The notes under the pieces: generated by a model
What the model was told of the DNA's origin: nothing
The model's database searches: none
What the model saw: the letters and a program-made list of their open reading frames with translations, nothing else
Shown: positions 28,109 to 37,738 of the stretch, piece by piece
How positions within the stretch are numbered: position 1 is the first letter of the stretch
Layout: each line of letters opens with the position of its first letter
Made by a program: the position numbers and the translations under genes
NCBI GenBank assembly: GCA_963717115.1
Contig: CAVQVO010000002.1
Span: 640,497 to 704,496 of the forward strand
Length of the DNA: 64,000 bases
Source of the DNA: an uncultured Acidimicrobiales bacterium
Lineage (GTDB): Bacteria > Actinomycetota > Acidimicrobiia > Acidimicrobiales > SZUA-35
Direction: 5' to 3'

Positions 28109-28121
28109 CTCCAAACGATCC
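28100..28121. promoter_or_regulatory. palindromic operator candidate, copy c (ACCGTTTGACTCCAAACGATCC), upstream of the ACAD-like / NicX-like / GSL-2 genes
   Basis: This is the same GTTTGgayyCCAAACGAT core as at 1426 and 19031. It lies about 50 nt upstream of the ATG at 28169, next to a TTGACC -35-like hexamer. Confidence 0.5.
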
Positions 28122-28168
28122 CGCGGTCTCTGCTACCTTGACCCGTCAGGCCGACCACCGGGGGTGTC

Positions 28169-29398
28169 ATGATCAAGACCGACCGGCAGCGCGAACTCGT
28201 CGCCGCCATGGCCTCGCTCGGGCCGGCGTTCGCCGCCCGCGCCGAGCGCTACGACCGTGACGCGTCGTTTCCCGACGAGAACTTCGACGACCTCGCGGCG
28301 GCCGGATTCCTGACCCTGTGCATCCCCGAGCGCTTCGGCGGACTGGGGGCCGACTTCGCCACCTATGCGCTGGTTTCGGAGGAGCTCGGCAGGCACTGCG
28401 GATCGACCGCCCTGACGTTCAACATGCACACGGCGACCTGCCTCCTGACCGGACCGATCGCCGACGCCCTCGACCTCGCCGACGACGACCGGGTGCTCCT
28501 CGACGAGAAGCGGGCGGCGATGTTCGCCGACATCGTCGACCATCACACGATCCATGCCCAGCCGTTCTCCGAGGGGATCAGCACCGGGGCGACGACCGGG
28601 ATCGCCACCACCGCCACACCGGTCGAGGGCGGCTACCGGGTGACCGGCCGCAAGATCTTCGCCTCGCTGTCGGAAGCGGCCGGGATGCACAACATCATCG
28701 CCATGGTCCCCGGCGACGATCGAGTCCGGTTCATGGGGGTTCCCGCCGGTTCCGAGGGGCTGTCGATCGTGGGTGACTGGGATCCGCTGGGCATGCGCGG
28801 CACGATCTCCAAGACCCTGGTCTTCGACGACGTCTTCGTTCCCGACGACAACGAATGGCTCCCGCCGGGGTTGTTCGACCAGATGGCCGCCGAGTTCCCC
28901 TACTTCTACATGACCCTGTCGTTCGCGTACCTCGGCCTCATGCGCGGCGTGCTGGACTTCACCGCCGACTACCTGCGCAGCGGAACGACGGGTCCGGTCC
29001 GGGCCGAGCATCCGCAGAAGCAGGCCCTCTGGGCCGAGATGAACCTGATGCACCAGCAGGCCCAGGCGCTGACCTACCGGGTGCTCGAAGAAGCGGGCCC
29101 CCGACCATCCGAGGAACAGGTCCATCGGGCGTGGGCGGCGATGGTCACCACCATGGAGGGTGCCCCCGAGGTCGCCTCGAAGGCCATCCGGGCCTGCGGG
29201 GGCCGGAGCCTGCTGCGCCCCCTCCCGCTCGAGCGATACTTCCGCGACGCCCGATGCGGGGCCACCATGCTGCCCTGGAGCGTCGAGGTCTGCCTGGATC
29301 GCATCGGCCGATACGGCATCCTCGGCGACGACACGCCTGGTCCCGGCCATGCCGGTTCGGCCGGAGCCGCCCTCCAATCCACGACCGACCGGCGATGA
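28169..29398 (+). CDS. acyl-CoA dehydrogenase-fold flavoprotein (possibly an ACAD-type oxygenase)
   Basis: This is a 409-aa ORF with ACAD N-terminal, beta and C-terminal domain architecture (GWDPLGMRGT, ERYFRDARC). It lacks an obvious classical catalytic-Glu context, so its substrate class is uncertain. Confidence 0.82.
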   Translation: MIKTDRQRELVAAMASLGPAFAARAERYDRDASFPDENFDDLAAAGFLTLCIPERFGGLGADFATYALVSEELGRHCGSTALTFNMHTATCLLTGPIADALDLADDDRVLLDEKRAAMFADIVDHHTIHAQPFSEGISTGATTGIATTATPVEGGYRVTGRKIFASLSEAAGMHNIIAMVPGDDRVRFMGVPAGSEGLSIVGDWDPLGMRGTISKTLVFDDVFVPDDNEWLPPGLFDQMAAEFPYFYMTLSFAYLGLMRGVLDFTADYLRSGTTGPVRAEHPQKQALWAEMNLMHQQAQALTYRVLEEAGPRPSEEQVHRAWAAMVTTMEGAPEVASKAIRACGGRSLLRPLPLERYFRDARCGATMLPWSVEVCLDRIGRYGILGDDTPGPGHAGSAGAALQSTTDRR

Positions 29399-29408
29399 CG
29401 AGACGGCC

Positions 29409-30482
29409 ATGACGTCCACCGAATGGGCCTGGATCGAGCGGTTCGGGCAGCAATTCGAGGCCTGCGGACTCCGTTCCGACGAAACGGCGGTCCTGCTCAG
29501 CGAGACCCGCAGCCGACCCGAACTGGTCGAGACCGCACGCCTGGCCCTCGGCCGTTCGGGCGCCGCCACCACGCAGATCGTCATGCCGACACCGACCAAC
29601 CCCGGGCCCGTGCCGATCCGCAGCACCGGGGCCTCGCAGGCGATCGCCGGACACCGCTCGGCCATCGCCGCGCTGGCGGCCGCCGACTTCGTCGTCGACT
29701 GCACCGTCGAGGGGCTGCTCCACGCTCCCGAACTCGGCCGGATCCTCGCCGGCGGGGCGCGGGTGTTGATGATCTCGAACGAGCATCCCGAGAACTTCGA
29801 GCGCATGCCCCACGATCCGTCGCTGGCCGAACGCGTGGCGATCGGCAAGGCCCTGCTCGAGTCGGCAGCCTCGCTGCGGGTGACCTCGTCGTCCGGTTCG
29901 GATCTGACCATCGATCTCGCGGGGGCGGTTCGCGCCGGTTCGGCCGGGTTCACCACCGACCCCGGCGACATCGCGCACTGGCCGGGCGGCCTCGTCCTCG
30001 CGTTCCCGGCCGCGGGCTCCGTCGACGGCACCCTCGTGCTGGCCGCCGGCGATCTCAACCTGACCTTCACCGACTACATCCGCTCGCCCATCCGACTCAC
30101 CATCGAGCGCGACTACATCACGGCGATCGATCCGGTCGATGCAGATGCCCGGTTCGACGCCGACCTCTTCGCCTCGTATCTCGGGTCGTTCGGTGAGGCC
30201 GACGCCTATGCGACGAGTCACGTGGGATGGGGGATGAACCCGCACGCCCGCTGGGACACCCTTCCGCTGTTCGACAAGAGCCAGGTCAACGGCACCGAGG
30301 CCCGGGCGTTCGCCGGCAACTTCCTCTACAGCACCGGGGCCAACGAGGTCGCCGGTCGATTCTGCCGCGGCCACTTCGATCTGCCGATGCGATCGTGCAC
30401 GGTGGTCCTCGACGGACCCGACGGGTCGACCACCGTCGTCGACGAGGGCCGACTGCATCCCCGACTCGCACCGCCCCGCTGA
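29409..30482 (+). CDS. aminopeptidase-T (M29)-fold protein resembling 2,5-dihydroxypyridine 5,6-dioxygenase (NicX-like)
   Basis: The start is MTSTEWAWIERFG. The segments HVGWGMNPHARW and GNFLYSTGANEVAGRFCRGHFDLPM resemble my recollection of NicX-type proteins. This call is by memory only. Confidence 0.55.
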   Translation: MTSTEWAWIERFGQQFEACGLRSDETAVLLSETRSRPELVETARLALGRSGAATTQIVMPTPTNPGPVPIRSTGASQAIAGHRSAIAALAAADFVVDCTVEGLLHAPELGRILAGGARVLMISNEHPENFERMPHDPSLAERVAIGKALLESAASLRVTSSSGSDLTIDLAGAVRAGSAGFTTDPGDIAHWPGGLVLAFPAAGSVDGTLVLAAGDLNLTFTDYIRSPIRLTIERDYITAIDPVDADARFDADLFASYLGSFGEADAYATSHVGWGMNPHARWDTLPLFDKSQVNGTEARAFAGNFLYSTGANEVAGRFCRGHFDLPMRSCTVVLDGPDGSTTVVDEGRLHPRLAPPR

Positions 30483-30516
30483 ACCACCCACCCCGATCAC
30501 CCCAAGGATCACGACC

Positions 30517-31830
30517 ATGACCGAATTCTCCCGCTACCGAGTGTTGTGGGCCGATCATCTCGGATTGGCCCGGGGCAAGTACCTCCCGGCCCGGGTTGCC
30601 GATCACGGCACGGCCTTCTGTGTCGGGGTCTATCTGCTCGGCTACGACCGCGAGATGTACGACGTCGAGGTCGGCATGGACGCCACCGGCTTCCCCGACG
30701 TCGATGCCACCTTCGACCTCGCCGATGCCCGACCCGGCTGGGAACCCGGGACGGGGGTGATCGTCACCGACATCACCAAGAACGGTGCCCTCTATCCGGT
30801 CGCGGCGCGCACGGCGCTGAAGAAGGCCATCGCCGACTGGCGGCACCTGGGCTACGACCCGAAGGTCGGCATCGAGCTCGAGGCCTACCTGATGGAGCCC
30901 GACGGCGAGGGCGGGTGGCGCCCCTACGAGACGCCCTCGGCGTTCGTGTACGGAACCGGACCCTTCACGGATCCGAGCGGCCTGATCGACGACATCATGC
31001 AGGCGGCCGAGACCAGCGGCATCCCGGTCGAGAGCTTCAACTCCGAATTCGACTTCCCGCAGTTCGAGCTCACACTCGAGTACGGCGATGCGCTGGAGGC
31101 GGTCGACAACGTCTTCCTCTTCAAAGAACTCGCCCGCGAACGAGCCCTGCATCACGGTCTTCGGTTGACGTTCCTCGACAAGCCCATCACCGACAAGAGC
31201 GGGTCGGGCGTGCACGTGAACTTCTCGTTGGCCGACGCCGACGGCAACAACGCGTTCGCCGATCCGTCCGCCGAGGACGGCCTGTCGCCGCTGGTCCCGC
31301 GATGTGTGGCCGGACTCCTGGCCCACCACGAAGGCCTGTCGGCGTTGCTGGCCCCGACGGTCAACTCCTACAAGCGGCTCCGGCCCGGCGCCCTCGCCGG
31401 CTATCGCGCCAACTGGGGATACGACCATCGGGTCGCAGCGGTGCGGATCCCGCCGCACCGCGGGCGGTCGACCCGAATCGAGCAACGAACCGGCGGCGGC
31501 ACGACCAATCCCTACATCGCCACCGCGGCCATCCTCCAGGCGGCCCGTCTCGGCGTGGTCGACGCGCTCGATTGCCCGGCCTGCGAGACCGGTGACGGCT
31601 TCGAGAGCTTCAACACCGATCGCTGCGTACCCGACGACCTCTCGGGCGGGCTCGACGCGCTCGTCGCCGATCGGGCGCTGACCGAGGCACTGGGCCCGGA
31701 TCTCGTCGCGAACTTCGTCGGGGTGAAACGTCACGAGTGGGCGAGCTATGTGGCGGCCACGCCGGACTGGGTGGAGTGGGTCGACGCGGTCACACCCTGG
31801 GAACTCCAGACCTACCTGCCGTTCCACTGA
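30517..31830 (+). CDS. glutamine synthetase family protein (gamma-glutamyl ligase type), GSL-2
   Basis: This is a 437-aa ORF with the motifs IELEAYL, SEFDFPQFELTL, KPITDKSGSGVHVNFS, NSYKRL and RIEQRTGGGTTNPY. Confidence 0.9.
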   Translation: MTEFSRYRVLWADHLGLARGKYLPARVADHGTAFCVGVYLLGYDREMYDVEVGMDATGFPDVDATFDLADARPGWEPGTGVIVTDITKNGALYPVAARTALKKAIADWRHLGYDPKVGIELEAYLMEPDGEGGWRPYETPSAFVYGTGPFTDPSGLIDDIMQAAETSGIPVESFNSEFDFPQFELTLEYGDALEAVDNVFLFKELARERALHHGLRLTFLDKPITDKSGSGVHVNFSLADADGNNAFADPSAEDGLSPLVPRCVAGLLAHHEGLSALLAPTVNSYKRLRPGALAGYRANWGYDHRVAAVRIPPHRGRSTRIEQRTGGGTTNPYIATAAILQAARLGVVDALDCPACETGDGFESFNTDRCVPDDLSGGLDALVADRALTEALGPDLVANFVGVKRHEWASYVAATPDWVEWVDAVTPWELQTYLPFH

Positions 31831-31836
31831 CCCGGG

Positions 31837-32652
31837 TCAGGCACCGCCGGTTCGGCCGAGCACGTGCTCGGCGACCAGCGCGGCGAAGGCGTCGGGGGCT
31901 TCGCTGGGCGTGAGGTGGCCGGCTCCGGCGATCACGGCGAGGCGGGCGCCGGGGATGGCGCGGGCCAGCACCTCGGCATAGGCCGGAGGCGTTTCCTCGT
32001 CGAGCTCGCCGACGACCACGAGGGTCGGCGACCCGATCCGGCCCAACCGCGAGCGCGTGTCGTGGGCGGGAAGACATTCCACGGTGGCCCGTAACCCGTC
32101 TGCGGGGATGCGCGAGAACGCGGCGACCGCACGGTCGAACTCCGGACCGGTGAATCCCGGGGCGGCGATGGCCCGAATGACCGAAGCCGCCATCTCGGCC
32201 GGGGTGACGCCCCGATCCAACGGCTCGAGCCGACGCGCCTTCCATTCGGCGACCTCGGTTCCGTCGGCACCGAACACCGCACTCGTGTCGGCCAGCACCA
32301 GCCGGTCGACCCGACCGGGGTGGTCCAGCACCAGGTGCTGCGCCTGCTGCCCGCCGAACGACAGCCCAACGACATGGGCCCGCTCGACACCGAGCCCGTC
32401 GAGGAGGCGCACGGCCGCAGCGGCGATTCCCGGGAAGGTCAGCGGCACGAGGGGTCGGGACACGCCGTAGCCGGGCAGATCCCAGGCCACACAGTTGGCC
32501 CGATCGCCGAGCGCGACCATCACCGTGTCCCACGCCGTTCGGCTCCCCCCGAGCCCGTGCAGGAACAGGATCGTCGGCGCATCCCGGTCGCCGATCGACC
32601 GGATCCCGATGTCGGCGACGATGCCGTCGTGAAAGGTCCCGTTGCTCGACAC
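31837..32652 (-). CDS. alpha/beta hydrolase
   Basis: This is a 271-aa ORF with the oxyanion motif LFLHGLGGS, the nucleophile elbow GLSFGG and a C-terminal GAGH. Confidence 0.9.
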   Translation of the reverse strand: MSSNGTFHDGIVADIGIRSIGDRDAPTILFLHGLGGSRTAWDTVMVALGDRANCVAWDLPGYGVSRPLVPLTFPGIAAAAVRLLDGLGVERAHVVGLSFGGQQAQHLVLDHPGRVDRLVLADTSAVFGADGTEVAEWKARRLEPLDRGVTPAEMAASVIRAIAAPGFTGPEFDRAVAAFSRIPADGLRATVECLPAHDTRSRLGRIGSPTLVVVGELDEETPPAYAEVLARAIPGARLAVIAGAGHLTPSEAPDAFAALVAEHVLGRTGGA

Positions 32653-32710
32653 CGGGCGAGTCTGCCAGGTCGACGATCGTCGGGGCCAGGTCGTGATGCG
32701 GGGCCGATCG

Positions 32711-33496
32711 TCAGTGACGCTGCCAGCCGGGCTTGTTGTCGAGCGTCTCGCGGTAGTAGTCGGCGTACGTGAGCGCGGCGGCGGCCGGCTCGTCGACGAT
32801 CACGGTGACGTGCGGGTGCCACTGGAGCGCCGACGCCGGGACCATGGCGGTGACCGGGCCCTCGACGGCCCGGGCGATCGGATCGGCCTTCGCTGCGCCG
32901 GTGGCGATCAGCACCAGATGACGGGCATCGAGGATGGTCGCGATGCCCTGGGTCAACACGTGGCGGGGGACGGCCTCGACGTCGCCACCGAAGAACCGGG
33001 CGTTCGCGGCGCGGGTCGTTCCGGTGAGGGTCTTGATCCGCGTTCGCGAGGCCAGCGACGAAGACGGCTCGTTGAAGGCGATGTGGCCGTCGCCCCCGAT
33101 CCCGAGGATCTGCAGATCGATGCCACCGGCGTCACGGATCAGGGCCTCGTAGCGGGGCCCGGCAGTGGCCACCGATGACGACGAGCCGTCGGGTCCGTGG
33201 AGGGCCCCGGCCGGCAGATCGACGTGGGAGGTGAACTCGCGTTCGATGAAGCGCCGGTAGCGCTGGGGATGGTCGTCGGCGAGACCGACGTACTCGTCGA
33301 GCAGGAAGGCCGTGGCGGCCGCGAAGCTGATCGCTCCGGCTTCGTGGCGGGCGACCAGCTCTCGGTAGGTCGGGAGCGGTGAGCTCCCGGTGGCGAGCCC
33401 CAACACCGCTTCGGGCCGCTCGGCCAACAGCGACGCCACCGCGTCGGCGGCGACCACGGCGGCGGCCCGGGGCGAGTCGACGATCACGACCTCCAT
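32711..33496 (-). CDS. nagB: glucosamine-6-phosphate deaminase
   Basis: The start is MEVVIVDS. The motifs present are GLATGSSP, FLLDEYVGL and LGIGGDGHIAFNEP. Its ATG overlaps the nagA stop (ATGA at 33496). Confidence 0.92.
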   Translation of the reverse strand: MEVVIVDSPRAAAVVAADAVASLLAERPEAVLGLATGSSPLPTYRELVARHEAGAISFAAATAFLLDEYVGLADDHPQRYRRFIEREFTSHVDLPAGALHGPDGSSSSVATAGPRYEALIRDAGGIDLQILGIGGDGHIAFNEPSSSLASRTRIKTLTGTTRAANARFFGGDVEAVPRHVLTQGIATILDARHLVLIATGAAKADPIARAVEGPVTAMVPASALQWHPHVTVIVDEPAAAALTYADYYRETLDNKPGWQRH

Positions 33497-34713
33497 CAGA
33501 CCCCCTCGGCGAGGGAGCGGCCCCACTCGGTCGACAGCCGGCTGCGGCCCTCGGCCGAGACGAACGACAGCCGCCCGGCACAGAAGGTCGCGACCACACC
33601 CAGTCGGTCGTCGAGCACGACGATGTCGGCGATCGAACCGACGTCGAGGCGCCCCCGGCCCAGGGCACCGATGAGGTCGGCCGGCGTGGCAGTCGCCGCC
33701 GTGATGGCGTCGGCCGGTTCACAGCCGGTGAAACGCACGGTGTTGCGCACGGCCTGGTCCATCGTGAGGAGGCTGCCGGCGAGCGTGCCGTCGGGTTGGC
33801 GAACGCTCACGCCGTCGGCGACGATCGTGCGTCGCCCGAGATCGAACGAACCAGCGGGCCGGCCCATGGGCGCCACGGCGTCGGTCACCAACGCCAGACC
33901 GTTCGGACCCTTGGCCTTCCAGGCGAGCTTCACCACGGCCGGATCGACGTGCACGCCGTCGACGATGATGCCGGCGACGAGATCGGGCTCGGCCAGGGCG
34001 TGGGCCAGCAGCGGCGGCGAGCGATGGGTCAGCGGGTCCATGGCGTTGAAGAGATGGGTGACCATGCGAGCCCCGACCGCCGAGGCCTGCCGAGCATCGT
34101 CGGCATCGGCCGCGGTGTGGCCGCAGCTCACCGTGACGCCGCGGCGAACCAGTTCGGCGATGATCTCGATGGCCCCGGGGAGTTCGGGGGCGATGGTCAC
34201 GAGTCGCACCCCGCGTTCGGGGGTCCAGCCCTCGATCACCGAGCTCGACGGCGTGAGCAACGAGGCCGCCGGGTGGGCGCCCTTGCGGGCGGGGCTCAGC
34301 ATCGGGCCCTCGAAGTGGAGTCCGAGCGGCTCGGCTCCGAGCGACGAAGCAGGCCGGTTCCTCCACGCCGCCAGCGCGGCGTCGGTGGACCGTCGGGGTG
34401 CGGTGATGATGGTCGGGAGGAAGGCGGTGACGCCGTGCTCGGGGAGGCGCTCGGCGAGGGCCCACATCGAATCGGGATCGCCGAGGAGGTCGAACCCGAA
34501 CCCACCGTTGATCTGCAGATCGACGAAACCCGGGGCCACGGTCAGTCCGGTGGCGTCGAACCACCCGGTGGTCGGCCCCCGATCGACGCTGCCGGTGTCG
34601 ACCGGCCGCGCCGGGCGGGCAACGATCCGGTCGCCGTCGACCACCAGATCATCGGGGGTCGAGCGACCCCCGGTGACGATGGTCCCCCCGACGATTCTCA
34701 CAGCAGGCATCAT
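33496..34713 (-). CDS. nagA: N-acetylglucosamine-6-phosphate deacetylase
   Basis: This is a 405-aa ORF with the motifs PGFVDLQINGGFG, HFEGP, CGHTAA, THLFNAM and DGVH. Confidence 0.92.
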   Translation of the reverse strand: MMPAVRIVGGTIVTGGRSTPDDLVVDGDRIVARPARPVDTGSVDRGPTTGWFDATGLTVAPGFVDLQINGGFGFDLLGDPDSMWALAERLPEHGVTAFLPTIITAPRRSTDAALAAWRNRPASSLGAEPLGLHFEGPMLSPARKGAHPAASLLTPSSSVIEGWTPERGVRLVTIAPELPGAIEIIAELVRRGVTVSCGHTAADADDARQASAVGARMVTHLFNAMDPLTHRSPPLLAHALAEPDLVAGIIVDGVHVDPAVVKLAWKAKGPNGLALVTDAVAPMGRPAGSFDLGRRTIVADGVSVRQPDGTLAGSLLTMDQAVRNTVRFTGCEPADAITAATATPADLIGALGRGRLDVGSIADIVVLDDRLGVVATFCAGRLSFVSAEGRSRLSTEWGRSLAEGV

Positions 34714-34734
34714 GGCCCGGGTGGGCCGGAGCCG

Positions 34735-35541
34735 TCAGTCGGTGGTGGAAACGGTCCGACCGGCGACGGCGCGCTGACGAAGGACGAGACCGGCGGCGAG
34801 GAGCGACCCACCGACCAGGGCCAGCGTGCGGGCATTCCCGCCGGTGACCGGCAACGAGCCGCCCGGGGTCGCCGGTGCGGCGGTGGTCGAGGTCTGCTGG
34901 GGGGCGGCGGGGATGACGAGGGAATCGACCGAGACGATCGTGGTCGACGGTCCGGTGACGATCGGACCGGCCGGCTCGGGAACGGTGGTCGGCGCAGAGG
35001 TCGAGGGCGGCAGTGTGGAGGGACCGACGTCGACACTCGTGGTGGACGGCGCAACGGTGGTGGGGGCGACCGTGGTCGGGGCCACGGTCGTGGTGGGGGC
35101 CGGGCGACAGTCGATCGAGACACTGAAGCCACCGCTCGAGATGCCATCGGGACCGAAGCGCACAGAGACCTCGACCGAATCGGTCATGACCACCGACTCG
35201 GTGTCGGTGGTGACCTGGTTCGGGTCGCTCTCGAACTCGGCGATCACGACACGGCGGCCACCGGTGACGATGATCAGGTCGTTGCCGGGGTGGACCGACT
35301 CCTGGTTGCGGACATCGGCGAAGACGTCACAGTCGAGCCCGACGAACGAGGCGGGAACGGCCGCCGAGGCGACGAGGACCTCGGTGCCCTCGGCACCGGT
35401 CACGACGTTCGAGACCGGGATCTCGAGGATCCCTTCGGCGGAGGCGGGTGTGACCGCCAGGACGGCAGCCCCCATCAGCGCCAGGGCGACGGCTGCGCCC
35501 GATCGACCGAGCTTGCGGCGAACCGCTGCTTCCGTCTTCAT
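34735..35541 (-). CDS. LPXTG-anchored cell-wall surface protein
   Basis: The start MKTEAAVRRKL follows GGAGGAAG, and a signal peptide is present. The C-terminal sorting signal is LPVTGG, followed by a hydrophobic span and RQR. There is a Thr/Pro-rich stalk with TTVAP x3. Confidence 0.75.
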   Translation of the reverse strand: MKTEAAVRRKLGRSGAAVALALMGAAVLAVTPASAEGILEIPVSNVVTGAEGTEVLVASAAVPASFVGLDCDVFADVRNQESVHPGNDLIIVTGGRRVVIAEFESDPNQVTTDTESVVMTDSVEVSVRFGPDGISSGGFSVSIDCRPAPTTTVAPTTVAPTTVAPSTTSVDVGPSTLPPSTSAPTTVPEPAGPIVTGPSTTIVSVDSLVIPAAPQQTSTTAAPATPGGSLPVTGGNARTLALVGGSLLAAGLVLRQRAVAGRTVSTTD

Positions 35542-35812
35542 GTTGATCTTCCTCCACTGCCCACGGGATGTTCCGGTCCGGCCTCGTTGACCGAATCCAC
35601 TGCTCGGGGTCGCACGCTCGACACGGACAGTGAGACCTGTAGTCAACTCTGCACCGACGGCGATCGAAACCTCGACCCGAAGAGTAGTCACCCGACGTCT
35701 CTGCGTCGGCGATCCCCGCCCACCAGGGCAGAGTCACCCGCCCGAACCTCGACCGCCTCGACCCGGTGGTCTCGGGATCACGACGGCGATCCCGGCTGCC
35801 GCGATCCGCGAA

Positions 35813-35848
35813 CCCCGACCCCGACCCCGACCCCGACCTCGACCCCGA
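35813..35848. repeat. hexanucleotide microsatellite (CCCCGA)4-CCTCGA-CCCCGA in the 472-bp intergenic region upstream of the kinase operon
   Basis: I read this directly. The track ORF 35766..35948 is simply its (PD)n translation. Confidence 0.9.
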
Positions 35849-36013
35849 CATGGCATTGCCGGGCACGGCTCGGAATGCGACACTTTCCCTGACGGTCGTG
35901 GTCGGAGTCCACGCCGTCGGAGCGAGCCGAGCCCAGGCCGGCCGCTGAGACGGTGGACTGCGTCGCCCCGATCTCACCGGTCCGGGTCTGTGCCCGACGG
36001 AGGGAGCGAGCAC

Positions 36014-37737
36014 ATGGTGGGGGTCGACGTCGGGATCGGAGGCATCTCCGAGGCAACCGAGATCGGCCGCGGCGGATTCGGCGTCGTGTATCGAGCCCGT
36101 GAGGCCGACCTCGGCCGCACCGTCGCCGTCAAGGTGCTCCACGGCGGCCTCGACGAACCGCGCCGAGGCCGCTTCGACCGGGAGCGCCACGCCATGGGCT
36201 CCCTCTCCGGTCACCCGCACATCGTCACCGTGTTCCGAACCGGGTTCTGCCAGAGCGGTCGACCCTTCCTCGTGATGGAGTACCTCGAGGGCGGATCGCT
36301 CGCCGATCACCTCGAGCGCTTCGGTCCCCTGCCCTGGCGCGAGGTCGGGCGGCTGGGTGTCGAGATCGCCGACGCCCTGGCCCGGGCCCACGAGGCCGGG
36401 GTCCTGCATCGCGACCTCAAACCGGCCAACATCCTCCGGACGGCCACCGGTGTCGCCAAACTCGGCGACTTCGGTATCGCCCGGGTCGACGGCGCACCCG
36501 AGACCACCAGTTCGGTGATCACGGCGAGTCTCGCCCATGCCCCTCCGGAGGTCCTCGCCGGGGTCCGACCCGATGAGCGGGCCGACATCTATTCCCTGGC
36601 TTCGACCCTGTACGAGCTCGCGACCGGAGCGTCGGCCTTCGCGGCGAGCGGCGAGGACTCGATCCTGCCGATGTTGTCCCGCATCGCCCAACAGAGCCCG
36701 GCCCCCCTCGCCTCCACCGGGATGCCGGCCGCCATGGCCGACACGATCCTCCGGGCCATGGCGAAAGCGGCCGACGAACGACAACCCAGTGCGGCATCGT
36801 TCCGAGACGAGCTGGCTGCCGCCATGGCATCCGACTCGGCCCCGAGCGGAGTCGAGCCCGCCCACCAGGCACCCCCGGCGAACGCCACGCAGGCGATCGC
36901 CTCGTTCGCCGGCCCCGGAACGGGCCAACCCCTGCCGACGACCGCAACCCCGCTCGGCCCGGCGACGCCGGCCGGGCCGCCCGGCCTCGATGGCCGGCCG
37001 GGAGCGGCGCCCGATCCCAGGTCGACGTCGCAGGCCGGGCGACGTCGATTGGTCTGGTCGGCCTCGGGCGCAGCGGCGGCGGTCGTCGTCGTGCTCGTCG
37101 CCGTGTTCGCCCTGTCATCGCGCGACGAGGGGAGCGCCGCCCCGGATCCCACCGAACCGCACCCGCCGAATCCATCGTCACCGTCGAACAACCGACCGAG
37201 ACCACGATCCCCACCACAGCGACCTCGGCCGACACGACGACCCAGCCGACGACACTCCCGACGGCGGCCTCGCCCCCACCCTCGCAGACCGCCGCCAGCG
37301 ACGACGGGTCGATCCAGCTCCTGGCACCGGCCGACTGGACCGAACGGGCCTCGCTCCCGGGTGCCCTGCTCGTCACCGACGACCTCGACGGGGCCTTGGC
37401 CGACGAGTGGGTCGAGCTCGTGCTGGCCACCGTGGTCTGGAACACCCCCGAACTCAATCCCGGGGGCTTCGCTCCCGACGCGGCGCTCGATGCGCAGATC
37501 GCCGAGAGCGAATGTGCGTTTCGCGAACGCGGCCCGTATCAGGACTTCGCCTACGGCGGCTCGTACGTGGTCCTCGATCGCTGTGGCCCCCGAGCGCTCT
37601 CGGTCTACATCGTGAACGCCGCACCGTTCGACCTGTCCAGCGTGGTCAACGTGATCATCGCCTACCAGCCGGCCGACGAGGCGACCGTCATCCCCTTGAT
37701 CATGAACAGCCTCTTCTTCGATCCCGGTCGGCTCTGA
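36014..37737 (+). pseudogene. receptor-type Ser/Thr protein kinase (Hanks kinase, TM helix and unknown extracellular domain), STPK-1; one frame disruption
   Basis: The ATG at 36014 follows GGAGGGAG. The kinase motifs are GRGGFGVVY, VAVKVL, HRDLKPANIL, DFGIAR and APPE. The TM helix is AAAAVVVVLVAVFAL. After about 37150 the plausible protein continues in another frame (APAESIVTVEQPTETT...DGSIQLLAPADW...SLFFDPGRL, stop 37737). The track frame becomes Arg/Pro junk at that point. The span is 1724 nt, which is 3n+2. Confidence 0.85.
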
Positions 37738-37738
37738 C

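Noticed and set aside
35766-35948. A 60-aa ORF with (PD)n repeats, considered as a small acidic protein.
   Set aside because: It is simply the translation of the CCCCGA microsatellite. It has no RBS and no protein-like flanks.
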